From the IMG/VR virus record IMGVR_UViG_3300045988_115461: a stretch of DNA of 61,912 nucleotides, one strand, 5' to 3'. This document shows, one piece after another, positions 24,837 to 34,506 of this stretch. The notes below the pieces were generated by a model. The model was not told where the DNA came from, made no database searches, and worked only from the letters and a program-made list of their open reading frames with translations. Positions within the stretch are counted from its first letter, which is position 1. Every line of letters begins with the position of its first letter. The position numbers and the translations under genes are program-made. This DNA is from a virus.

Positions 24837-25226
24837 ATGAATATTTTGACGCTTTCGATTAAACAGAAGTTTTTTGATGAAATTTTAGCCGGTAATAAAA
24901 CACAAGAGTTTAGAGAGATCCGGCCTAATACTTCTCAAAAATATGTCCGGTATAAAGTTGATGACAAAGAATATAAGCATTTTGAAGAAGTACCAGAAGA
25001 TCAAGAACCCGAAGTGGTGCCGGTTGAATACGATGCTATTAAGTTTCTAACCGGTGAGTACAAGGGTACACGTCCATTTGCGATCGTCGAAATAAAAGGG
25101 GCGAAAGTAGAGATCTTGACTGATGAAGACGGCGATGAAATCCCTTATGAAGTCGATGGCGTTGAATACGTAATGGCTCAGATCGTTTATGATCTAGGTA
25201 AGGTATTAGATAAATCCAATGTTTAA
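24837..25226 (+). CDS. ASCH-domain (PUA-like) protein
   Basis: LTLSIKQKFFDEILAGNKTQEFREIR...AIKFLTGEYKGTRPFAIVEIKG. The start is taken at the CACGATTATG motif (track ORF starts at 24819). Confidence 0.65.
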   Translation: MNILTLSIKQKFFDEILAGNKTQEFREIRPNTSQKYVRYKVDDKEYKHFEEVPEDQEPEVVPVEYDAIKFLTGEYKGTRPFAIVEIKGAKVEILTDEDGDEIPYEVDGVEYVMAQIVYDLGKVLDKSNV

Positions 25227-25408
25227 CCATTAATAATTTGCTGAGTCGGTAGAAGAACTAACAGAACGGGTTTTGCGACCTCTAATTACAGAGGCGGCCG
25301 TAGAGGTTTGACGGTACCAGGAACAAACAGAGTTTCTCAAGGTGGTAGATTTATTACCAGAAATCAGCAGTACAGGAATGTGCGTGCTGGCTTAGGCATG
25401 AGTTCGGG

Positions 25409-26077
25409 ATGACCTTGCTTGAGAGAACATATAGGACGATAGACCTCGTTAGAGTAAAATCTAATGAGGCTATCGTTTTTTGTTCTCTGGGTAAGGATAG
25501 CCTTGTGTTGCTGGATCTGATCTATCCTGAATTTGACCGGATTGTATGTGTATTCATGTACTTTGTTGAAGGATTAGAACATATCGAAAGGTATATCAAG
25601 TGGATAAAAGCTAAATATCCGAAAGTTGAGTTTGTTCAGGTGCCACACTGGAATCTTACTTATATTCTCCGATCCGGTATGTATTGTGTGCCTAATCCGA
25701 AGATAAAGCTCTTGAAGCTGGCAGATGTTGATTTAGCTATGCGGTTAAGGTTTGGCATCGACTTCGTTTTTTACGGGATGAAGAAAGCCGATAGCATGAA
25801 CCGCCGGTTAATGTTGAATACCTATCCGGATTATGAAAACGCAGGGAAGGTTTATCCTCTGGCCGATTGGACGCAAAGAGATGTGCTTACTTACATGAGA
25901 CAGAAAGGACTTCCCGAACCAGTCCGGTATTCAAACAAGGCATCTGGCGGTATCGGGTTCAATCTTGATTGTTTCTTATGGCTTCGTAAGAATTACCCGG
26001 ATGATTTGAGGAGGATTATCAAAATTTTTCCAATGAGTGAAAGAATTTTATTTGAATATGACAATGGAACTAAGTAA
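25409..26077 (+). CDS. PAPS-reductase-family (adenine-nucleotide alpha-hydrolase) protein
   Basis: A PP-loop-like VFCSLGKDSLVLLDL; the size and the position next to a ParB-like gene resemble IbrA/DndC-type proteins. Confidence 0.65.
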   Translation: MTLLERTYRTIDLVRVKSNEAIVFCSLGKDSLVLLDLIYPEFDRIVCVFMYFVEGLEHIERYIKWIKAKYPKVEFVQVPHWNLTYILRSGMYCVPNPKIKLLKLADVDLAMRLRFGIDFVFYGMKKADSMNRRLMLNTYPDYENAGKVYPLADWTQRDVLTYMRQKGLPEPVRYSNKASGGIGFNLDCFLWLRKNYPDDLRRIIKIFPMSERILFEYDNGTK

Positions 26078-26804
26078 ATACATAAAGAGTGAATCGGTAG
26101 AACTTAATCGTTCTGCCATTCACTTTGCGGACTACAATCCCCGAAAACTATCCGAGGAGTCACGCAAGACCTTGAAGCGTGGTATTAAGAAATTCGGTCT
26201 GGTTGGTGGAATTGCAGTGAACAAGCGTACCGGTCTGACCGTAGTCAGCGGGCATCAGCGTTTGTCCGTCATGGATGAATTGCAGAAGTATCCGGAGAAT
26301 GACTACAAGATCCGAGTTGATGTGATTGATGTAGACGAAAAGCAGGAGAAGGAACTAAATATTTTAATGAACAATCCAAATGCGCAAGGTACATGGGATT
26401 TCGATGCCCTTGCACAGCTTGTTCCCGATATTGATTGGAAAGACGCAGGTCTGACCGATGCCGATCTAAACATGATTGGCGTTGATTATCTGTTGCAGAC
26501 CGAAGCGGAAAACTCCATTGCAGAAGCTCTCTCCGATATGATGTCACCTGTCACCGAACAGAAAGAAGCCGAGAAAGCCGCCAAGCAATTAGAGCGTGCA
26601 GAGAAGGTTGCCCACATGAAAGAAGTCAAGCAGCAGGTAAAGGAGAACGCACAGAAGACAGCCGAGGATATGGATGCCTATGTGATGTTGTCCTTTGATA
26701 CCTACGAGGCGAAAGCTGCTTTCATGGCAAGATTTGGGTATGATCCGGATATGAAGTTTATAAAAGGAGAGGTGTTCTCTGACCAAGTAGAAAGGGTGGA
26801 TTGA
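26037..26804 (+). CDS. ParB/Srx N-terminal-domain protein
   Basis: IHFADYNPRKL...FGLVGGIAVNKRTGLTVVSGHQRL. The start is uncertain (26037, 26058 or 26064). Confidence 0.65.
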   Translation: MKEFYLNMTMELSKYIKSESVELNRSAIHFADYNPRKLSEESRKTLKRGIKKFGLVGGIAVNKRTGLTVVSGHQRLSVMDELQKYPENDYKIRVDVIDVDEKQEKELNILMNNPNAQGTWDFDALAQLVPDIDWKDAGLTDADLNMIGVDYLLQTEAENSIAEALSDMMSPVTEQKEAEKAAKQLERAEKVAHMKEVKQQVKENAQKTAEDMDAYVMLSFDTYEAKAAFMARFGYDPDMKFIKGEVFSDQVERVD

Positions 26805-26805
26805 T

Positions 26806-27441
26806 ATGATAGAGCCTAAGCATGATTACGCAGGAGATAAATTTTATGAAGATGTTTTTGCATTTGCCTTTCAGGGGATGACAGATGCAGAGGTGGCTTA
26901 TAGTCTTGGATTAACACCAGAAGTCTTTTCTCGGATGAAAAATGGAAAATATGAAGGGTGGAATGAAGAAGAAAATGATTATCGTAGCGAAAGATTATCT
27001 CAAGTGTTAGTGCGTGCTCGTATGAAAGTTAATTCTATTGTTCGTGGTGCATATTTGAAAGGAGCTTTGGGCGGGAAAAAGATAAAGAGTATCACGAAGC
27101 GTTATGTTCAGGATAGATGTCTGTGTGAAGGAAAAGATAAAGAGTGTGTCCAATGTGGTGGTACTGGATGGGTGCAACTCACGGATAAGGCTATATCTCA
27201 AGAAACAGAAGCAGAACTTCCTCCCAATATGCAGGCACTTTCTACATGGCTTTATCATCATGATGAAGAATGGAGAAAGTTGGAATCCACATCAAAAGTT
27301 GATATTACAACTAATGGGAAAGACATGGTAACGCCCCCTTCTGTAAATATTCAAGTTGTAGCCAATGACCCCCAATTATTGGAATTACAAGATAAGTCTG
27401 TAACATTAAAACAGGATAAAGAGTCGGGCAAGACGAACTAA
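26806..27441 (+). CDS. Putative terminase small subunit
   Basis: Lies immediately upstream of the large terminase. It has an N-terminal HTH-like MTDAEVAYSLGLTPEVFSRMK and a CxxC..CxxC cluster. Confidence 0.45.
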   Translation: MIEPKHDYAGDKFYEDVFAFAFQGMTDAEVAYSLGLTPEVFSRMKNGKYEGWNEEENDYRSERLSQVLVRARMKVNSIVRGAYLKGALGGKKIKSITKRYVQDRCLCEGKDKECVQCGGTGWVQLTDKAISQETEAELPPNMQALSTWLYHHDEEWRKLESTSKVDITTNGKDMVTPPSVNIQVVANDPQLLELQDKSVTLKQDKESGKTN

Positions 27442-27443
27442 AT

Positions 27444-28643
27444 ATGAAATGCACCCCGATTCTCTATCGGGCTATGAACGCTTTGAATAGTGGTCGGTTT
27501 AATGTAATGGTCTTTGAAGGAGGTTCTCGCTCATCAAAGACCTATTCGCTTATTCAGTTCTTTATCATCTATGCCATTAATAATTGGCAACGTTCTAACC
27601 GTGTTGTCATAGCCCGCAAAAAAGGAACATGGCTGGCATCTACGGTATGGACGGACTTTAAAAATATACTCTTAGAACTTGGTTTGTTTAATTGCTGTCG
27701 AATAAATAATACAATCAAAACGATTCAACTTTATACTACTACATTTGAGTTTGTAGGACTCGACGATGTTCAGAGACTTCATGGATTAACTACAGACATA
27801 TTTTGGATTAATGAGGCTATGGAGGCATTGAAGGATGACTTTGACCAATTGGAACAAAGATGCTCTCGTTTTGCTATTCTTGATTACAATCCATCGGCAG
27901 AGGAACATTGGATTTATGACAATGTATGTACACGTGATGATTGTTACTTTGACCATTCGACTATGTTGGATAATCCGTTTATCCCGGAGAATATGAAACG
28001 GAAAATATTATCCTACGAGCCTACTGAATACAACTATTCACAAGGTACGGCGGATAAGCGTAAATGGCTTATATATGGACTTGGTAAGCGTGCAAAAATT
28101 GAAGGTCTGATATTTGAAAATTACACTATCATTAAGGACGTTCCTATATGGGTTAAACGTAGATGGTACGGATTGGACTTTGGGTATAGCAATGATCCAA
28201 CTGCCTGTTCTGAAAATGGATTCTTGGATAATACCATTTATATAGATGAAAAATTCTACGAGACGAATTTGCTTTCCTCTGATATAATAAAGAAGTTCAA
28301 GAAACTTCCTAAACTTAAAATATGGTCGGAGAGTGCAGATCCTCGTTTAATTGCAGAGATACACAATGCAGGGTTCAATATTCACCCAGTGCAAAAATAT
28401 GCCGGTTCGGTAGAAGCTGGTATTGATTTTATGAAATCAAAGAAAATATATATCACAGAAAACTCACTTAATGCAAAAAAAGAATTAGATAATTACACCT
28501 ATCAGCAAGACAAGAACGGGAAGTGGCTTAACGAGCCGGTTGATGACTTTAATCATATTTTGGATGAAGTGCGGTATTGTTGTATGATGGAATTAATGGG
28601 AAAACGTCCCGTTGTAGACCATTCTGGAGTATTTGGACATTAA
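27444..28643 (+). CDS. Terminase large subunit (PBSX-like)
   Basis: A Walker A-like FEGGSRSSKT, a nuclease-half DFGYSNDPTA, and the usual size and position. Confidence 0.85.
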   Translation: MKCTPILYRAMNALNSGRFNVMVFEGGSRSSKTYSLIQFFIIYAINNWQRSNRVVIARKKGTWLASTVWTDFKNILLELGLFNCCRINNTIKTIQLYTTTFEFVGLDDVQRLHGLTTDIFWINEAMEALKDDFDQLEQRCSRFAILDYNPSAEEHWIYDNVCTRDDCYFDHSTMLDNPFIPENMKRKILSYEPTEYNYSQGTADKRKWLIYGLGKRAKIEGLIFENYTIIKDVPIWVKRRWYGLDFGYSNDPTACSENGFLDNTIYIDEKFYETNLLSSDIIKKFKKLPKLKIWSESADPRLIAEIHNAGFNIHPVQKYAGSVEAGIDFMKSKKIYITENSLNAKKELDNYTYQQDKNGKWLNEPVDDFNHILDEVRYCCMMELMGKRPVVDHSGVFGH

Positions 28644-28654
28644 AATATAATCAA

Positions 28655-30127
28655 ATGAAAACGATAGACGAAATTTTAGCACTCGAAGATATAGACCGGA
28701 AAATCTACTATCTGAAAAAAGGTCGTAAAACTCAGCTTCCAGACCGGGAGAAACTATATGCTGATTGGGACCCCAATAAGCATGAAATCATTATGGATGA
28801 AGAAAAGTATCCACAGATAGAAATCACTATTGAGCAGGAGAAAGAGGTATTTGACGAAAAGACAGGCAAGACTACTGTCATCCCGAAAAAGACAAAGAAG
28901 GTTGATCCTAACCGGATTGCCCTTCCTCTTGAACAGGATATCGTGAACATCCAAACGGCTTTCACCGTTGGTACTGAGCCAAAGATGAACTGTACTCCAG
29001 ATGAATCGGAGAAAGGTATCTTTGAAGCTTTGAAGCAAGTCCTGAAGAAGAATAAAATCAAATATCAGAACCGGAAGATTGTTCGTTCTTGGCTATCAGA
29101 ACAGGAAATAGCTGAATACTGGTATGTAACAAAAGACGATGGCTTCTGGGCGAAGTTAAAGGCAAAAGTAGCCAATCTATTTGGCAAATCTATGCCTCAA
29201 TACAAACTACGTAGTGTTCTTTGGTCACCGTTCCGGGGTGATAAGCTATATCCTTTCTTTGATGATTCTGGCGATATGGTCGCTTTCTCTCGTGAGTACA
29301 AAAAGAAAGACCTGGACGACCACGAAATCACCTGTTTTATGACTGTGACGAAAGATGTAGTTTACCAGTGGGAGTTAGACAAAGGTTGGGAGATGGTTCC
29401 CGCTTTCAAGCATGGCTTTAAGAAATTACCAGTAGTATATAGCTACCGACTGGAGGCATATTGTGAGAAGATAAAGACTATTCGTGTACGTTTGGAAAAA
29501 CTTCTTTCCAGCTATGCTGATTGTATCGACTATCATTTTTTTCCTATCCTAAAACTGTTCGGAGATGTAGAAAAGATGTCCGGTGAGTTCAGGAGCCGTG
29601 TTGTTCAGTTGACGGGAGAGGGGGCAGACGCAGTATATTTGACTTGGAATCAAACCAGCGATCCTGTTCGAGTCGAGTTTGAAAATCATTTTAACCAAGC
29701 GTATGCGCTAACTAATACTCCGCGTATATCATTTGATCAGCTAAAAGGGAGTGGTAACGCATTATCAGGTGTTTCCTTCCGTTATGTCTTTATGGGAGCG
29801 CACATGGCAGTAGAAAATTCAGCAGAAGAAATCGGAGCTTTTATGCAGAGACGTATTAATTTCCTCATATCGGCACTTGGCTCAATCAATACTAATTTCG
29901 AAAAACCTTCCGAAACAATTGATGTTGAAGTTGAAATTCAACCCTATATTATTGATAATTTGGATGATAAAGTATCTACTGCTGTCTCCGCTGTAAATGG
30001 TGGAATATGGTCACGCCGAGAAGGTATCTTGTTTGCCGGAAACATGGATCGCATCGACGAAGAGCTGAAAGAGATTGAAGAAGGGCAAGCTGCAAAGACG
30101 AAAATCGAAAGAATAGAACAAAAATAG
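28655..30127 (+). CDS. Portal protein
   Basis: A 490-aa ORF directly after the terminase; ATG 28655 (MKTIDEILALED). Confidence 0.7.
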   Translation: MKTIDEILALEDIDRKIYYLKKGRKTQLPDREKLYADWDPNKHEIIMDEEKYPQIEITIEQEKEVFDEKTGKTTVIPKKTKKVDPNRIALPLEQDIVNIQTAFTVGTEPKMNCTPDESEKGIFEALKQVLKKNKIKYQNRKIVRSWLSEQEIAEYWYVTKDDGFWAKLKAKVANLFGKSMPQYKLRSVLWSPFRGDKLYPFFDDSGDMVAFSREYKKKDLDDHEITCFMTVTKDVVYQWELDKGWEMVPAFKHGFKKLPVVYSYRLEAYCEKIKTIRVRLEKLLSSYADCIDYHFFPILKLFGDVEKMSGEFRSRVVQLTGEGADAVYLTWNQTSDPVRVEFENHFNQAYALTNTPRISFDQLKGSGNALSGVSFRYVFMGAHMAVENSAEEIGAFMQRRINFLISALGSINTNFEKPSETIDVEVEIQPYIIDNLDDKVSTAVSAVNGGIWSRREGILFAGNMDRIDEELKEIEEGQAAKTKIERIEQK

Positions 30128-30251
30128 GTGGCTTAGTTAGAAAAATTACGAGGTTTATAAATTCGTGTATTTAAAAATAGAACATTTTAATCATTTTAGT
30201 CATGGGAAAGAAGAAGCCTAAGAAGAAAGGCGGTAAAGGCTGCTGATCAGG

Positions 30252-30289
30252 ATAGCGGTTGCTCCGGTGGGGTAGCCGCTATTTTTTTT
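30252..30289 (+). terminator. Rho-independent terminator after the portal region
   Basis: atagcgg / ccgctat stem followed by tttttttt. Confidence 0.7.
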
Positions 30290-30341
30290 ATATTCATAGT
30301 AAAATAATGAATACTATGTTTGTTTGTATTCGTAATATTAC

Positions 30342-30349
30342 TATATTTG
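30342..30349 (+). promoter_or_regulatory. -7 box TATATTTG for the hicAB cassette
   Basis: TAnnTTTG match 24 nt upstream of the hicA ATG, with TTTG repeats about 20 nt further upstream. Confidence 0.5.
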
Positions 30350-30372
30350 CATAGTAATTAAGTCCAAGCGTT

Positions 30373-30561
30373 ATGAGTTACAAATCAATTAAAGACGTTG
30401 TAACTATGTTGCAAGAAAACGGTTTTGAATTTAAGAGTCAGAAAGGTAGCCACTTGAAGTTTGTCAAAGGCGACAAGACAGTTATCGTACCGAATCATAA
30501 CAGCAAAGGCGTTGAGAAAGGCACTTATTACAGCATTTTGAGACAAGCGGGGCTAAAGTAG
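30373..30561 (+). CDS. hicA: HicA-family mRNA interferase toxin
   Basis: A 62-aa protein with LQENGFEFKSQKGSHLKFVKGDKTVIVPNH, typical of the HicA/YcfA fold. Confidence 0.85.
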   Translation: MSYKSIKDVVTMLQENGFEFKSQKGSHLKFVKGDKTVIVPNHNSKGVEKGTYYSILRQAGLK

Positions 30562-30597
30562 CCCCCCTTGTTCTCATTTAAAAAAATAGGAGGTAAT

Positions 30598-30990
30598 ATG
30601 AAAACGGTAGAAGTAATTGTTGAACATGCGGGAAAGAATCTAAGTGCGTACATCGAAGGTGCTCCGGTCATTACTGTTGGTAACGACATGAAAGAGATTG
30701 AGGATAATATGAAAGAGGCTATCGAATTGTACTTAGAAGACAATCCTAATCCAGTAGAGATTCTGACCGGAGAATTTGAGCTAAAGTTTAAGATCGATGC
30801 TGCCACTTTTATCAATTACTACAGCAGCATCTTCACGAAAGCGGCATTAAGCCGGATAACCGGCATCAATGAACGTCAGTTGTGGCATTATGCTGCCGGA
30901 GTGCATAAACCCCGCAAACAACAACTGGAGAAGATTCAGAAAGGTATTCAGTCTTTGAGTAAGGAATTGTCGGTTATAAATTTATTGTGA
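30598..30990 (+). CDS. hicB: HicB-family antitoxin with a C-terminal HTH
   Basis: The N-domain has VEHAGKNLSAYIEGAPVITVGNDMKEIEDNMKEAIELYLE, and the C-terminus is HTH-like (LSRITGINERQLWHYAAG). AGGAGG lies 5 nt upstream of the ATG. Confidence 0.75.
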   Translation: MKTVEVIVEHAGKNLSAYIEGAPVITVGNDMKEIEDNMKEAIELYLEDNPNPVEILTGEFELKFKIDAATFINYYSSIFTKAALSRITGINERQLWHYAAGVHKPRKQQLEKIQKGIQSLSKELSVINLL

Positions 30991-30992
30991 TA

Positions 30993-31934
30993 ATGGAAAA
31001 TACAGAAATTGTTTTAAATTTTCCTGTACATAAATTGAATAGTGAAATAACAGAGAAAATTTCAAAAATTCGATCATCGCAAATTCCAGAACAAATTCAA
31101 AAAGGATTGCAAAATGAAATTATGTGGGTTGATCTCTTAGGGAAGATTACTACGGTCGCTGAGTTAGATTCTCTTAATAGAGTCAAGTTATCTTCTGCAT
31201 ATTGCCAGTTCTTATGGATCATATGTGATATAGCAATTAAAACTTATGATGCTAATGTTTTAGAATTGGAATTGGCAAAAGAAACAAAGGAAATAAAAGA
31301 CGCTTTAATTAAAATGGTAAAACTGTCTCAAAAAAGAACAAAAGAAATTGATGTGTTAAACGAAATTATAGATCATCAGGCTGTTTTTGAGAAGGCTTTT
31401 TCTGAATTTGGACTAGCAGAACAATTGATAACAACTAAATTCACAAAGGAGGATGTTAGCCGTTTTAATTGTTTGGATATGACCAGTGATTATGGAAGTA
31501 AAACTAATTCAGTCTATTGTTATGGTATAATTTTTATTCTTTTGCATGAATTAGCTCATTTCCGATTTGGGCATATTTGTCCTACTAAAGAAGATGAGAA
31601 AGATGCAGATAGTTTGGCCTTTTGGGATATTTATTATGACGTTCTAGATACAGATAAGATTACTGCGACTCTTGGGGTTATTTCAGCTCTTTTTTCATTA
31701 CTGTTTTTTTCAAAGGATTTAAATGGAGATGAACAACATCCTGACGAAGACAAAAGAGTATTTGAAATATTTGACATAGTGCGAGACGATTGTGCTAATT
31801 ACGCAGGATTGATAGTACAATTTTTTAAACTATGGGCTTTCTATTGGAATATAAAAGATTTTCCTTCTATGTCAGAAACATATGAACAAACCTTAGATGA
31901 TATTAAGAATTGGCTTGAAAAAAAGAAAAAATAA
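30993..31934 (+). CDS. HExxH zinc-metallopeptidase-like protein (COG2856/ImmA-like motif)
   Basis: LLHELAHFRFGH. Alternative GTG start at 30987 overlapping the hicB stop. Confidence 0.55.
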   Translation: MENTEIVLNFPVHKLNSEITEKISKIRSSQIPEQIQKGLQNEIMWVDLLGKITTVAELDSLNRVKLSSAYCQFLWIICDIAIKTYDANVLELELAKETKEIKDALIKMVKLSQKRTKEIDVLNEIIDHQAVFEKAFSEFGLAEQLITTKFTKEDVSRFNCLDMTSDYGSKTNSVYCYGIIFILLHELAHFRFGHICPTKEDEKDADSLAFWDIYYDVLDTDKITATLGVISALFSLLFFSKDLNGDEQHPDEDKRVFEIFDIVRDDCANYAGLIVQFFKLWAFYWNIKDFPSMSETYEQTLDDIKNWLEKKKK

Positions 31935-31941
31935 AATCGTT

Positions 31942-31975
31942 AGGCGTGATTCCTACCCGGTTTCACGCCTTTTTA
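31942..31975 (+). terminator. Rho-independent terminator after the hicAB-peptidase cassette
   Basis: aggcgtga / tcacgcct 8-bp stem followed by ttttt. Confidence 0.75.
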
Positions 31976-32171
31976 TATATATTCAGCACATTGCCTCTTA
32001 ATGTGCTTTTCTTCTCCCTTCAAAATTTCCCCTTCTATTCCCATCCATTTACTTTTATGCTGATTTTACGACAATAGCTCTATTGTCATGTATTCCGTAT
32101 TCTGAAATTTCTTATCTATACATAACCTATCTACTTTTATACCAAAGATTTTAAACGAAAATTCATACGGT

Positions 32172-32807
32172 ATGAAAGAAAAGATTTTAGCATTACTCAA
32201 AACCAAATTCCCTGGGGTTGATGAAGCTACTTTAAGCCGGATCGCTGAAAAGAAAGCGGTCGGTGTTACGGACGAAAGCCAATTACAGACAATTGCGGAT
32301 GGAGTAGGCTTTCAGGACGTGTTAAATTCCTATGGTGATTTCCGGGCTAATACAGCCGTTACCTCCGCAGTGACTAACTACGAGAAGAAACACGGCTTGA
32401 AGGACGGTAAGCCAATCGAAATCGAGAAACCGGTAGAAAAGCCTGTTGAGAAACCTGCTGATGACATGGCAACCATCATCGCCAATGCAGTGAGCGCAGC
32501 CATGAAACCTCTCTCCGATAAACTTACTCAGTTTGAGACAGAGAAGTTACAGGCTACCCGTCAGGAGCAGATTTTGGCAAAGGCTAAAGAGTATGGTATT
32601 CCCGAATCGCAAGCAAAGCGTTACGGTATTCCTGAGGACGCAGACTTGGATGCTTATTTCAAGGATGTAAAGCAGGAATTGACGAACGAAGGCTTTGAGG
32701 GCGTGAGAAGTCCCGAAGTAGGTGGTGATACGAAAACGGAAGCGGAATCTATCGCCAGCATGATTAGCGAGGGGACAAAAACGATTGTTGAACAAAACAA
32801 AAATTAA
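32172..32807 (+). CDS. Putative head scaffolding protein
   Basis: A helical, charged 211-aa ORF immediately upstream of the capsid genes. Confidence 0.45.
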   Translation: MKEKILALLKTKFPGVDEATLSRIAEKKAVGVTDESQLQTIADGVGFQDVLNSYGDFRANTAVTSAVTNYEKKHGLKDGKPIEIEKPVEKPVEKPADDMATIIANAVSAAMKPLSDKLTQFETEKLQATRQEQILAKAKEYGIPESQAKRYGIPEDADLDAYFKDVKQELTNEGFEGVRSPEVGGDTKTEAESIASMISEGTKTIVEQNKN

Positions 32808-32809
32808 TC

Positions 32810-33409
32810 ATGGCAGCAGGTACTAAGTACAATTTAATCCCTGAAAAGGAGGTGCAAGAATTTTACCGTGTTGAATCCGGTGTCAGAAAGAGCGGCCCGT
32901 GGAAGTTGGATATTACCAATCTGGTGGTAGGATCTTTCTTACCTGTGTTCACCCCGGTTCAGGCTGATTTGGTAAAGCGCACACTTGTTCCCGTCCGCAA
33001 CGTGAAAGTTGTGGAAGTTTATGCTAATGGAGCAGATGCTTTATCTATCAAAATCGCAAAAAAATCGCTGGCTTATGTTGGTATGTTCATTGGGAACGGC
33101 ACTAAAGGTGCAGAGGTTTCCGCTATCGACAAATCAAACGAAAACTACGACGTTCTGACTATCAAAGCCGCTTTCGGTGCTGATATTGAGAAAGACACTG
33201 TTCTTTTTGAAGCCACAGCAGTAGGAGGCACAAAGAAGAAGCATACTGCAAACTTCGTTCTCTTCGACGCAAAGAAAGTTGAAGACGATGGCGCTGTTCT
33301 CTGCACTCTCTTGATGCAGGCGTATGAAGTGAAGGAAAGCAAATTGATCCTCCCGATCCATGATCTGGATAAGGCCGGATTAACAAGTCGTTTCCAGTTT
33401 GAGTATTAA
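32810..33409 (+). CDS. Head structural protein (decoration-protein position)
   Basis: Lies between the scaffold-like gene and the major capsid gene (lambda Nu3-D-E-like order). Called by synteny only. Confidence 0.35.
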   Translation: MAAGTKYNLIPEKEVQEFYRVESGVRKSGPWKLDITNLVVGSFLPVFTPVQADLVKRTLVPVRNVKVVEVYANGADALSIKIAKKSLAYVGMFIGNGTKGAEVSAIDKSNENYDVLTIKAAFGADIEKDTVLFEATAVGGTKKKHTANFVLFDAKKVEDDGAVLCTLLMQAYEVKESKLILPIHDLDKAGLTSRFQFEY

Positions 33410-33426
33410 TCATAAAAAGTTTAGAT

Positions 33427-34506
33427 ATGAATTTGACCATACAAACTTTATTTACAGATCCTAACATCGTAAAAGCGGTGATTGACCGTGTGCTTCAATT
33501 GAGATTGGATACAATCTACTGGAAGCAGTACGGTGATTTCTTGGAGACCAAACAGCGTGTTTTCAAGACCTATTTAGGAACGGTTACAGGTGTCGTTGCC
33601 GGGTCTATCCTTGGTAAGAATGACCAGAAACCGTTGAGAGAAAGACGTAACCTTGGAAGCGGTTACACCGAAATCGCTTATCTGGGTGACCGTTATCAGA
33701 TGGACATCGAACGTCTGTCTCAGTTGCAGGACATCATTGATAAATTCAATGCCGCTAATACCGCAGATCAGCGTACTATCTTACAGGAGATTATCGACTT
33801 CATTGTTGATGATTACCGCCAGATCTTGCTTGCTCCGCACAAGCGTATGGATATTGTTGTTCCTGAATTGTTGATGACCGGCAAAGCAGAGGTTCATTTA
33901 GCGGACAATAAAGAAAATATTGAGTTGCTCGATATTGAGTTGCCATTCCATTTCCTTACTCCAGAAGTTGCAGCAAAAGATAAGTTTATCTCTTACTTGC
34001 AGCAGGAGATTCAGAAGCTTAAAGCCAAATACGGTGTGTTCTCCAAAATGATTATGTCTCGTAACACATTCATGAAGAATATTGTAGGTGCTTCCGAGTT
34101 CGGGGATAAGTTCAAGATGATTCTTGGCGAGCGTGAGTTCATGGTTAATGCTGGATTGGTTACAGACCAAATGGCATCTAGCGTATTTACAGGTATCGGT
34201 CTTCCGGCAATTGAAATCAAGGAAGATTACGTTGAGAATCAAAACGGAGAGAACGTACAGATTTATCCAGACGACCGTATCACCCTGTTGCGGTCTGACA
34301 AAGTGATGAAGATGCGCCACCACAAGCCGTATGTAATGACAGACCCAGTACCGGGACGTTCTTACAATACAGCGGAAGGTCAGATGTCCGTATGCAACTA
34401 TCGTGACGAAGAGGGTAGATACATGGAATACACCGCCGAATGGATTCCCGAGTTTACCGCTCCGAACAAGATTGTGAACTTCGATCTTTCTACGATGAAC
34501 GCATGA
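33427..34506 (+). CDS. Major capsid protein (gpE-like size and position)
   Basis: A 359-aa ORF in the capsid position. Confidence 0.6.
   Translation: MNLTIQTLFTDPNIVKAVIDRVLQLRLDTIYWKQYGDFLETKQRVFKTYLGTVTGVVAGSILGKNDQKPLRERRNLGSGYTEIAYLGDRYQMDIERLSQLQDIIDKFNAANTADQRTILQEIIDFIVDDYRQILLAPHKRMDIVVPELLMTGKAEVHLADNKENIELLDIELPFHFLTPEVAAKDKFISYLQQEIQKLKAKYGVFSKMIMSRNTFMKNIVGASEFGDKFKMILGEREFMVNAGLVTDQMASSVFTGIGLPAIEIKEDYVENQNGENVQIYPDDRITLLRSDKVMKMRHHKPYVMTDPVPGRSYNTAEGQMSVCNYRDEEGRYMEYTAEWIPEFTAPNKIVNFDLSTMNA

Noticed and set aside
30202-30246. A 14-codon ORF encoding MGKKKPKKKGGKGC just upstream of a strong terminator, between the portal gene and hicA.
   Set aside because: It is too short to support from sequence alone and may simply be part of the terminator leader. 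I note it only because of its extreme basic composition.
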